From the NCBI GenBank assembly GCA_002482725.1, contig DLGO01000030.1, positions 2,373-64,481 on the forward strand: DNA of 62,109 nucleotides, in the 5' to 3' direction. Of this stretch, positions 1 to 10,500 are shown piece by piece; the first letter of the stretch is position 1; every line of letters starts with the position of its first letter. The stretch comes from Bacteroidetes bacterium UBA7692 (lineage in GTDB: Bacteria > Bacteroidota > Bacteroidia > Chitinophagales > LD1). A program made the translations under genes and the position numbers. The notes under the pieces are model-generated. The model did no database searches. It saw nothing but the letters and a program-made list of their open reading frames with translations, and was not told where the DNA came from.

Positions 1-361
1 TACAATATTGCTGTGACCAGTATCAGCAACAACTAACTAAAGGGAAGCTCAAATGCAGCATGACACAAGGGCATGATTCATACTCCAACGCAGTAGCAGA
101 GAGAGTTAATGGAATCATTAAAAATGAGTTTGGACTGAAAGATAATACTAACCTGGAAATTATGCAAGCTATAGTAGCTGAAATATACAACGAGCAAAGA
201 CCGCACCTATCATGTTCATTACTAACACCTTCTGAAATGCACAAACAAAACCAAACACCCATGAAAACATATAAAGCAAAATGGGAAGGAGGGTTGACCC
301 TCCTTCCCATTAATTATCTATTTTTACTCAATAATCTGTATCACTTTTTTAGGACGACACA
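1..361 (+). mobile_element. IS3-family insertion sequence, right-hand part with terminal inverted repeat
   Basis: Integrase-core C-terminal motifs (QYC..Y...L....CSM...NAVAERVNGIIKNEF...YNEQRPHLS..LTP). The element ends ...TGTATCACTTTTTTAGGACGACACA at 361 (reverse complement TG...), matching the IS3 5'-TG...CA-3' end convention. Confidence 0.85.
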
Positions 362-365
362 ATAG
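3..365 (+). CDS. IS3-family transposase OrfB, C-terminal part (5' truncated by window)
   Basis: The frame of ORF 60..365 is open back to base 3 (QYCCDQYQQQLTKGKLKCSMTQGHDSYSNAVAERVNG). Contains the catalytic Glu region of the DDE motif. Confidence 0.85.
   Translation, partial: QYCCDQYQQQLTKGKLKCSMTQGHDSYSNAVAERVNGIIKNEFGLKDNTNLEIMQAIVAEIYNEQRPHLSCSLLTPSEMHKQNQTPMKTYKAKWEGGLTLLPINYLFLLNNLYHFFRTTQ
280..311. repeat. Near-perfect palindrome/hairpin inside IS end
   Basis: AATGGGAAGGAGGGT-TG-ACCCTCCTTCCCATT, 15-bp arms. Confidence 0.8.
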
Positions 366-513
366 GTGCCATGATAATAGAGAGGGAGCGCCTACGTTGC
401 GTAATTGGGTAGTACCATGTTCACTTTTCTGCATTTAAAATAACTCAATGAGATTGAGGTTTGAATTAATATTATTATTCTTGGTTTACAACTCAGAACC
501 TTAGTTGAATGTA

Positions 514-3342
514 ATGAACCTTAAGACCCTTACTTTCTACCTGGCTTTTGTAGCAATGACCTGCTTTTGCGCGCAAGCGGCATTAAGCCAGGTGGAGGTG
601 TCATTATCTAACAATATTAAACATGCTAAAAGCCTATCAGGCGTATTGGATGTCTATGTTTCGTCAGATTCCGGCAACATTCTTAATTGTACTGAATTAG
701 AGATAAAACTAGAGCACAGCATATATGGAAATATCTTATCAGGGTATTTTTTACTCACACCACTCGATAGTTTTTCAGCAGTAATCAAGGCATCTGATTC
801 ATCCATTATTGCAACAGCAAATATTGACAGCAGATTTTTCCTTGACTTTTTAGATAAGGGTAAGTTGCCTCATGGAAGATATTACATGAATATTGCTGCT
901 ATAGGAGATAGCTTAGGATATAGCACAACCCAATCTTTTTATATAGCAAAGACAGATTCTGCCATAAAGAAAAAGAAGCTATTCACCCCATACCTGGATA
1001 TAGTTTCCAATACAAATTATTCCTACTATGCCGGAGCTCCACCTCCTAATAACGCGAGAGACGCCTACATGGCTGTAAGTGGAGGCGTAAATGTCATGAA
1101 TATTCCCTTCGGGATAAATATGTTGCTTACCTCAGACTATCAAACCGTTAATTTTGGGTATACGCCTGTATTCATGGAGCTGAACTCAAGTAATTTCAGA
1201 AAGGCACTGGAGGATAGGTTTATGGATAACATAAAGAAAGACCGGTTTAAGATGCAATTCTCTCAAAAAAGGCTTGAGGGATTAATGAAACAAAAGGACA
1301 AAATGATGGAGCAATTGGAGGCACTCAAGAAAAAACTTCCGGATAGCGCCAGTATAGGTAAAATGGCATTGCCCATCATATCAGCCGATAGCATGGGATT
1401 GATGAATCAGCTTAACCTAGGCCCGCCTCCACTGGAATCCTTGGATTCGATTCCTGATATCAGCCAGAGAACAAAAGCTTTGAAAGGCACTATAGATAAA
1501 TATACCAGTAAATTGGATAGCACTATTTTAAACGATACTATATCCAGCAGCATTCGAAAAGGAATATCCAAGGCTGGCGATGCTCTTAGAAGTTTTGCTG
1601 ACAGCACTTCAAAAGTTATACGTAGGGATACATTGAATAAATACGCTCAAATATTGAAGGCAAAGGATTTGAAAAGTTTTGGAACAGATAGCCTTGTCCA
1701 AAACCTGAACATGAATAATCTTACTAAAGTACTGGGGAGAGATTCTAATGTTACTAAGTTCATACCCAAACAACTTAATGCAGGGCAAATAGGAGAGTTG
1801 AAGAATAACGGAATTAATGGTTCTATTGATTCCTTAAAAGGCATTGGTATAAAGAATATATCTGGTATTGCCGGCAAGGTTGTTAAAGATAGTGCACTGC
1901 TCAAGCGGATAACCAAACTAGAAACCGGTATTGAGGAAATTGACCAGCAAACAGAAAGCCTAAAAAAGGTTTTGGGCTCGCTGGATGTAACATCGCTGAC
2001 GAAAGATTACAAAGATCCCGCCAAGATCAAGAACGCAATATCAGGAAGTAAATATTTCAAGAAGGCTGAGCGGTTGCTGTATTCTGTCAAGAACCTGAAA
2101 TTAGGTTCTTTCTCGGTCAATGGTTCTAAATATTTCATGTCAAGCACTCCTTTTTTAGGTGCCGCTGCTGAATTTGATTGGAAAGGTTTGTATATCAGGG
2201 CACAGGCTGGTGTTATACAAGGCAATGGGAAATTTATTGATAAGCTGAAAAAATCAAGGGCAAATGTTTTTGTTGCAGGGCTGGGATACCACGCCTCAGA
2301 AGAAAAGTACATACATGTACTTTTAAAAAGAACAATTGAGAAAGATAGTATGGCAGAAAGTACAAAAAAGATTCTTTCAAAGAATTTTGTACTGGGTTAT
2401 GAATCAGCATTCAGCATAAAGGAATATCTACAGTTTAAAAGTGAACTGTTCTTATGCTCCTATTCTTCCTCAAACTTTGAAAATGGGATTCCGAAAGAAG
2501 GGCGAATGCTCCTGGGCCTATTTGTGCAGAAGGCATCCCAGCCAGATATGGGAACAGTATTTGCAACTAATAATTCTTTGGTGTTCCACCTCGGCAAGCA
2601 TGTGGATGTTAAGTATTTAAATAATATAGTACACCCTTATTTCCGTAACACGGGAAACTTCATATCCGCGCAAAACCTAAACCAGCACTCTGCTCAGGTA
2701 AAGACAAATCTCTTTAAAAATGCATTGAAAATTAATGCAGGGTTTGATTACATAACGCAACTGATACCTGAGAGGCAAAGAATTTCAGTTTACAGGGCGA
2801 ATGGAGGAATAAGTGCTAAATGGAAAAGCATACTTGTCAATGCAATAGTAAACTACAGCATCAATGGGAAATACTCGGAATCTTTAGTATATAATCTGAA
2901 TTTGACCAAGCAGAATAATTTCAAGTATTTATTATTAACAAATATTTTATATTTTAGCGGCAACAATATCAATCAAGATACCCTAAATACTATGATCGGA
3001 ACCGTTGGCCACAACTTTCAGGTTAAGTATAAGCAGCAATGGCATTATTCTAATTCGACTGAGTTCAGGTGGGGTAATGGTTTATACCAATCAAAAACAT
3101 TTACATGGAGGGGTAACCTCTCATTTGTTCCCAAACCCGGAATAACCCTTAATGCACAGCCAAATATTTTGTATGACCTTAAACGTTCCACAAGGATAGG
3201 TGGCGATATTTCCATGGGTCTGACCATGGTAAAAAATCTGGAATTAGCATTCAGGTGCGGATATGGCAGATATAACTCATTTTCGGAGAATATTGATTTT
3301 CACCAGATATCCGGCTTTGTATCCTGTAATTATAAATTATAA
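514..3342 (+). CDS. Secreted protein, probable outer-membrane beta-barrel with N-terminal Ig-like domain and large helical/coiled-coil insertion
   Basis: Signal peptide (MNLKTLTFYLAFVAMTCFCAQAA; ATG 514 preferred to TTG 505). Lys/Leu/Glu helical middle (~aa 230-525). C-terminal ~420 aa of alternating amphipathic beta-strands ending ...GFVSCNYKL (BAM-like beta-signal). Confidence 0.65.
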   Translation: MNLKTLTFYLAFVAMTCFCAQAALSQVEVSLSNNIKHAKSLSGVLDVYVSSDSGNILNCTELEIKLEHSIYGNILSGYFLLTPLDSFSAVIKASDSSIIATANIDSRFFLDFLDKGKLPHGRYYMNIAAIGDSLGYSTTQSFYIAKTDSAIKKKKLFTPYLDIVSNTNYSYYAGAPPPNNARDAYMAVSGGVNVMNIPFGINMLLTSDYQTVNFGYTPVFMELNSSNFRKALEDRFMDNIKKDRFKMQFSQKRLEGLMKQKDKMMEQLEALKKKLPDSASIGKMALPIISADSMGLMNQLNLGPPPLESLDSIPDISQRTKALKGTIDKYTSKLDSTILNDTISSSIRKGISKAGDALRSFADSTSKVIRRDTLNKYAQILKAKDLKSFGTDSLVQNLNMNNLTKVLGRDSNVTKFIPKQLNAGQIGELKNNGINGSIDSLKGIGIKNISGIAGKVVKDSALLKRITKLETGIEEIDQQTESLKKVLGSLDVTSLTKDYKDPAKIKNAISGSKYFKKAERLLYSVKNLKLGSFSVNGSKYFMSSTPFLGAAAEFDWKGLYIRAQAGVIQGNGKFIDKLKKSRANVFVAGLGYHASEEKYIHVLLKRTIEKDSMAESTKKILSKNFVLGYESAFSIKEYLQFKSELFLCSYSSSNFENGIPKEGRMLLGLFVQKASQPDMGTVFATNNSLVFHLGKHVDVKYLNNIVHPYFRNTGNFISAQNLNQHSAQVKTNLFKNALKINAGFDYITQLIPERQRISVYRANGGISAKWKSILVNAIVNYSINGKYSESLVYNLNLTKQNNFKYLLLTNILYFSGNNINQDTLNTMIGTVGHNFQVKYKQQWHYSNSTEFRWGNGLYQSKTFTWRGNLSFVPKPGITLNAQPNILYDLKRSTRIGGDISMGLTMVKNLELAFRCGYGRYNSFSENIDFHQISGFVSCNYKL

Positions 3343-3380
3343 CCAATACTAACCTTAATACACTAAGTCCATTCAATCCA

Positions 3381-4535
3381 ATGAAAAATATGAAGGTAAT
3401 TTCCAAGATAGCTCTTCTGTTTGTAATGTGTATAGGGAGCATTGCTGCTATGGCAGCGGATATAGTAATGCTGCCCTCAATTCCAGGAACACCTGCCCGT
3501 ATAGAAGATTTATGGAACCTACAGGTCATATTTCCACAGGGCAGTATTGACGCTAACGCATTATATGAAGTTGAGCTAATTTTAACCGAGGCAAGAAAAG
3601 GAAAATTATTGATTGAGCGCACTAAGAGCTTTAAGTCTACAGGTACAGTTATAATCAATGGTAATACGGTTAGCGACTTTAAACCTTTTAATCATAAACT
3701 AAGGAACAACACATTTTTTACGGCCTTGCAATCACTTGAAAGGTTCCCAGCAGGCTCGTACAATGTTGTTTTCAATCTGTATAAAAAATCACCTGGTGGT
3801 GGAGAGGAGGTCATGGGAAATGCAGAAACGGACTTTTCAGTAGATGAGTTTAGTGCCCTGCTTTTACAGTACCCTCCTGATGAAGACACAATAAATGAAT
3901 TACTACCCACGCTTAACTGGCTTTTGCTCGGGCAAAAGGGAGCAAATTGTTCTTTTGAAATGGTGCTTAAAGAAATTCAAAAGAACCAGACATCTACTGA
4001 TGCCATGTTGTACAATGCTATCTACAATACCATAAAGACAGATAATATTTTTTATCCCTATCAGCCTATTGACAGGATGTTACAGGAAGGAGGGCATTAT
4101 GCATGGATGGTGAAATACCTATGTGATGGGAAGGCAGTATTAAATTCAGAGATATGGAGCTTTACTATAAGCAAAAAAGGACTAAAAAAGAGGCCTTATA
4201 TAGATCCCGATGCTTTCATTAGGCTAAAAGATATTGAGGACGGAGGAACAATAGTCATAAAAGACAGGATATTAAAAATCAGGTATCAAACACCCTTGAT
4301 TGATAAAGATAAAGTGCTGAATTACGCTGTAACAGATGATAAGGGCAAGGAGGTGATGAATCCGTCCATCTACCCGCTCAAAGTCAATTCCGGTGATAAC
4401 AGATACCTCATCAGCCTGTGTGCAGAAGATGGCTACTACCTGAAATCAGGCAAGTACAGATTCTCTGTGAAGGATGCTGATGGAAGAGTTTGGTTTATGA
4501 ATTTTATGATAGATAATAATTCTGCCTGCAACTAG
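3381..4535 (+). CDS. Secreted Ig/Fn3-like multidomain protein (DUF928/TANFOR-like)
   Basis: Signal peptide. Motifs FPAGSYNV, LLLQYPPDEDTI.ELLPTLNW, EMVLKEI..NQT..DAM and YAWMVK...SEIWSF, which resemble Bacteroidota DUF928-type proteins. Confidence 0.55.
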   Translation: MKNMKVISKIALLFVMCIGSIAAMAADIVMLPSIPGTPARIEDLWNLQVIFPQGSIDANALYEVELILTEARKGKLLIERTKSFKSTGTVIINGNTVSDFKPFNHKLRNNTFFTALQSLERFPAGSYNVVFNLYKKSPGGGEEVMGNAETDFSVDEFSALLLQYPPDEDTINELLPTLNWLLLGQKGANCSFEMVLKEIQKNQTSTDAMLYNAIYNTIKTDNIFYPYQPIDRMLQEGGHYAWMVKYLCDGKAVLNSEIWSFTISKKGLKKRPYIDPDAFIRLKDIEDGGTIVIKDRILKIRYQTPLIDKDKVLNYAVTDDKGKEVMNPSIYPLKVNSGDNRYLISLCAEDGYYLKSGKYRFSVKDADGRVWFMNFMIDNNSACN

Positions 4536-4566
4536 TAATGACCCTTTTAAATTAAAGTATAATCCG

Positions 4567-7500
4567 ATGTCAGCATTTCACCAGCGTTTAGCAACAGCCT
4601 TAACGGTATTATCCCTCATTTTACTTATCCTGATAGTCGGGATTCAGGACATTATTGCAGGCGGAGCAACATCCCAACCAGAGTTTTCAGGATCATCGGG
4701 TGGTGGCGATATGGTGGATCCTTTTACGGGAGATTTCAAGTATTCTATACCACTGTTCTATATGGGTGGATACCCTATTAATCTCGGTTACAACGCTGGC
4801 ATGGGCATGGAGGAAGATGCCAGTTGGGTGGGGTTTGGCTGGAACCTGAACCCGGGGAGTGTTACACGGTCCATGCGTGGATTGCCGGATGATTTTGATG
4901 GAGACTTGGTAAGAAAGGAATTTTCTCTGAAACCTTATCGGGTAAAAGGGTATACCAGTAACGTGAAAGTAGACGTAACAGTCCCTATAAAAGGGATTGA
5001 TATTGGCGTAAGCCCTACAGTGAACTGGACGGAGGCAGAAGATTCTTATGAAGGTTCAATATATGGATTCGGAGGAGGATTGGGGTTGAGTGCAGGAGTA
5101 GCAGGAGTAAATGCAGGATTTGCATGGACGGCAAATTACAATACAGCTGCAGGGTACAATTCTTCTATAACCCCATTTCTTTCTGCAAGTGCTTCAGGCC
5201 TTTCCATGGGTGTTAGTGCTGGTTTGCTAAATAGGAACAGCAGGACTGGACAAAAAACTAAAGGGGTGAATTTTTCTATTGGAATAGCTGAACTGGTCAG
5301 TGGCAGTATCAGTAATTACAATATACCAGGCACTGCATTGTCAACCACTGTTCCAATGTCCTTGTATGATTTCTCAAAAACTGAATACAGTAAAAGCGTA
5401 CAGGTCTCGGTCAGTGCTTTCGGCAATGGTGTAGGTGGTGGATCCCAGCATTTTGATAATACGACCCAATTGAGGACAAAAGACTACTATTTCTCAGGGC
5501 AGGGTAATCTATATGCAGCAAGCAATTACCAAAGGGGACGTGGATTTCCTAAAATGGCAGATTATAATTCTGTGTATATGGTAGAAACATACGACCCTCA
5601 AACGCAGTTCCTTCCACAACCCCAAACCACTACCGACTTGTTCCTTGTAAATAACCAGGAAGGAGGTGGCGTATTTAAGGCTGAACGGACCGACGTGGGA
5701 ATATTCAGTGTTCCTTATACTTCTTTGGAATCAAACCAGCCAATACCAGAGGCAGGAAGGGATTTGGATATAAAAATCTCATTTCCTATTTGGGGATGGG
5801 GCAACGTGAAGAAGAGTTATTATAACACATCAAGAAAGGGACCTTGGAAAGTTGCTGTTGGGGATAAAATATTTTTCAAGAAAACCCCTGCTTCTGTTGA
5901 AGATATTGTCTCCTTTAAATCCCTATCTGACGTAACAGCACAGGATCCTTTTTTCCTGTCAACTATTCAAAATGAAAATTTATTGATCCCTGATACGGGA
6001 GATTTTGAGGTGACAGCTATTAATGAATCTGCACCATCTACGAATTGGCACAGTACGCAGAACATAAAAAGGAAGGAAATACTCAGCTATTTAACCGCTG
6101 CAGAAGCACAATATACTGGTAGGAGCAAGCACATCAAATTCTGGGCCAGCACACCATCAGGCATGGAGCCAAGAATAGAGAGCCGCGTAGATACGGTAAG
6201 AAAGCCGCACCACTTATCTGAATTGCAGTTTGTTGGCAACAGTGGTTCCCGATTTGTCTATGGAATACCTGTGTATAGCTTTGTTCAGACAAACCACAGC
6301 TTCAGCATAAAAACTAACCCATCTTTTATTAACCATGCTACATTCCCGACCTTGGTAAATTATATGGATGTGGAGGACAGTAAATCAAATACGAGTGGTA
6401 AGGAGAACCTGTATATGAGCAATACCTTGCCTGCTTATGCCACAAACTATTTGTTGACCGAGGTGTTGTCGGACAATTATATTGATGTCAATGATAATGG
6501 CTGTACCGATGATGACTATGGGGACTTTGTAAAGTTTGAATACCAGAAAAGGGAAAATGCCTTTAAGTGGCGCGTACCAATGGGTTTCTCGAATAACTGC
6601 GCCTATCTGGATAAGGGATTATATTCCAATGAGGCGGATGACAAGGCATCTTATTCATATGGGGAAAAGGAGTTGTGGTATATCTACTCAATGGAGAGTA
6701 AGGATGAGATTGCTTTTTTTCATGTGTCGGAGCGTTTAGATGGCAGGCCGGTTACAGGAACTAAAGGGGCAATCAATATTACTACCGGTGCAGGGGATGG
6801 ACAGCAAAAACTGGATTCAATAAAAATATACTCAAAATATGAGTGGAAGTCCAAAGGTGCTCTGGCTGTCCCTATCAAAAGGGTTCACTTTGAATACAAT
6901 TATGATTTATGCATAACATCACCAAACAGCCTTGATGTTCATGGGGGTAAGCTGACGCTTAAAGCGCTTTATTTCACATATGGTAAAGACTATAGTGGAA
7001 GAGACCATAAATACACATTTGATTATAAGAATAGTGCAAATTATAATGAGAGCCGGATGGACAGATGGGGCTCCTATAAAGGATCACCTGTAGATACATT
7101 TTTCCCATACAACCTGCCATTTAATGAGTTCCCATATACTTACCAGCATAATGTCACTAACGATGCTGCAGGTATGTGGAACCTGAACAACATAGGATTA
7201 CCTACGGGGGGTAATATTGAAGTGGAATATGAAAGTGATGCCTATGCCTATGTACAGGATAAAAAAGCGATGCAGATGTACAAGATCGCAGGTTTTGTGA
7301 GTGAAATCCCGAGTGAGGATAAGAAATTCTATCCTACCACAATAAATGATAATTACAATTCCAGTGATTTGTGGGATAAAGAAATTAATGCTGCAGGTAT
7401 AGCTCAGAATACTAATAAAAGCAGGAAGCAGAGCCATATCATAATAGTGGAGATGCCGGATAATACATATGAATCTTATGCCAATGCCGTCGAATTTTTC

Positions 7501-10500
7501 AACAGGGACAGGCAGGTATTGTTCAGTATTGTAGCCGAGATGGACAATAACCGGCCGGAGCGGGTAAATGGTTTCGCAAAAGTGGCCAGCTATGGCAGGA
7601 TATTAAATGAGGCTATATCCCCAATGCCAAGTAGTATTGGTTTAGAACCAAGCAAATACATGTACATAGAAACGGTGCTTCAACAGGATGACAATGACGA
7701 GTTTTCAGATGCACCATCGGCTATGTCGTATTATACCTGGCAGTTTGCCCTCAGGGAATATTCCAAGCTGGTATATAACACGGAGAATATAGACAGGTGG
7801 GCAGAGCATTCCCAGGGATCCAACCGTGAGATAAGAATGGACCATAAGGGTGTATACAGGATAATGGAAAAGAAAGGAATCGGCAGGAATATTTTACTGC
7901 GTAGGTCCTGGGTAAGGTTGGGAGCCCATCAGGGATTCAGGTACGGAGGTGGCCATAGGGTTAAATCCATAACCATGAAGGATAATTGGCATACCCTTAC
8001 AGGTACCGAACAAAGCCACAGCTATAGACAGGAGTATAAATATGAAACAGAAGATGGTAAATGTTCGGGTGTGGCTTCATATGAGCCATCTATAGGTGCG
8101 GAGGAAAATCCTTTTAAAATCATTGAGCATAAATTTATCGAACAGTTTGGCCATGGGCCAGATAAAGTTAAAGATGTTATCGGGCCTATATGTGAGAACT
8201 ATTATCCTAATCCTTTGGTAGGGTATTCCAATGTTAAGGTTATCAGTACGCCGCCTTCCGGTAACCTTATAAAAGGCAATGGATCTGTAGAGTATGAATT
8301 TTTTACAAGTAAAGATTTCCCATTTGTAGTTGACAAGGAATCGAAAACCTCATTTAAGTCGAAAACCTCATCGAAAACGGATCAAACAACTTTTGCTATT
8401 GATTTATTGTCATACCCTGTTGCCCCACCAAGTAGCTTTACGCACAATTTGTTTGCTGGAACACAAGGATATAAAATAGAGACCAATGATTTTCATGGAA
8501 AGATGAAGCGGGTATTATACAAGGATGAAAATAAATTTGTGCTTAGCTCTGTAAATGTAGCCTATTCAGCAAATAATCAGTTCATGGCATTGTCAAAGGA
8601 TGGTTCTATTGCCAGCCATACATTTGGTAAGAAAACAGAAGTAGCCATAGAAACTTATAATGAAACAGACATTTCTATTAAAGGCTATGAAGCGAAAACC
8701 TGGAAAGTATTTTTAATCATACCTATACCAAGGACTAAAGAAACAACGGTTTCAGACATAAAGAATATATCCTACTTCACGAATGTGAAATCTGTAAACC
8801 GCATAGCCATGCCTGAAAGCGTTACATTTTCGGAGAATGGTGTTTCTTACTCTGTATTGAACAGATTGTGGGATAAGGAAACCGGGAATGTGATTGTAAA
8901 ATCGGTATCCACCAAATTTGAAGATTCTTTATACCAGACATCAATACCTTCTTACCACACTTATGATGAGCTGGGTCCTTCCTGCGAAAATTTAAGGACC
9001 TCTGCCATGATAACGATAGATGAAGGGTCTACAACCTTGGGGGATAATAAATTTGCACAAGGTGATGAACTTTTGCTTACCAGCCATGTGGAGATGTGGT
9101 ATAAATACACCAAGGCTTGGGTACTAAATGTAAATTCATCCACAGCAACTATCGTAGACCAAGATGGGGCATTGATTCCTGACGGGGAGTATAAATATTT
9201 GATAACAAGATCAGGCAACAGGAACAGGACAAGTGAGAGCATGTTGGAGTTGCAATCTAACAAGTACCCTGCAACTACCACAGGGCCACATACAATTGAA
9301 GTTAATGGATCAAAGAGGATCTTAAGTGCTTCTGCCATTGAGTATGCAGATGACATTAAGCTTCCTTTCGCCGGGTATAAAACACCCATCCCTGAAATTC
9401 AGACTTTAAATACAACAAAAGCAGAGGATGCGTGGGATGATTTTATTGCAGATCTAAATTCCCTGATAACAATACCTAATTCACCTTCTGTTTTTAGTAC
9501 ATTAACCAGCAGTGCCAGGTACTTAAAATACGACGGGCACAGAAGATTTGCATGGGGACTGAAGGGAGAGACATCGGACCTTGTACACTTACCGTTCAGT
9601 ATTGCTTATTTAGAGAGTATACGTTATCGCAATATTAAAGAGTCGATGCTGACTATAAAGGTGATGGATGGCGCATCACTGGATTTTGAGCATGTAACAT
9701 TCAGCAAAATAAAAGGAAGCGGAGTTAATATTGATGAATTTGGGATAGATAATGACGAGGCTATGTTTCTGTTTGCTGAAGATGCACTCGGAGTGAAGCA
9801 TTTAGTTAGGTTTGACTGTCCTGACATAAACGTTCTAAACCAGCCAGAGGTTTGTACGGATGCCTCATTGAGGAATGACTGTATTATACTTGAAGATGAG
9901 CAGGTAGTAAATCCCTTTGTTAAGGGATTACTAAACAACAAGCTTCCCCAAAAAGCTTTTGTGTACCGTACAGACAGGCACTATGCACAAAATACGTCCT
10001 CTGATTTTGATATAAGAACTGATGGTTATTATAATGATTTTGATAGCTATTGGGTTCCGGGTACAATCAAATGGCAAAAGGGTGGCTCGCTTAACAAATG
10101 GCTGAATACGAATACCTCTACCATCAGGCACCAGTCTGGTGCAGTTCTGGAGACGGTTAATGCTATAGACATACCTTCAAGCCAGCTTATGGGATATGCA
10201 GATAATCAGGTAGTAGCTCAGGCGTCTCCGGCTGCATATAACCAGATTTTTTATGATGGATTCGAAGACTATGATGTATATTCTACAGTTGAATGTGCTA
10301 CTTGTGAACCTCAAAGAAAGGCAGCATTCCCGGATCCAGATAAACGAGTTTACAACATAGATAACCTTACATCAGAGGTTAAACACACCGGAAAATATTC
10401 TTTGAAGTTTACCACTTCTTACATTGATGTTCCTGGAGAGTTCTTAGCGAACTTTACTGCTAAGTATCCTGTGGCATCATCAAGTGTAGCCGGAGGTACA

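Noticed and set aside
8341-8379. Short tandem repeat TCGAAAACCTCA x2-3 (SKTSFKSKTSSKT)
   Set aside because: Small in-frame coding duplication; too short and degenerate for a CRISPR or functional repeat array.
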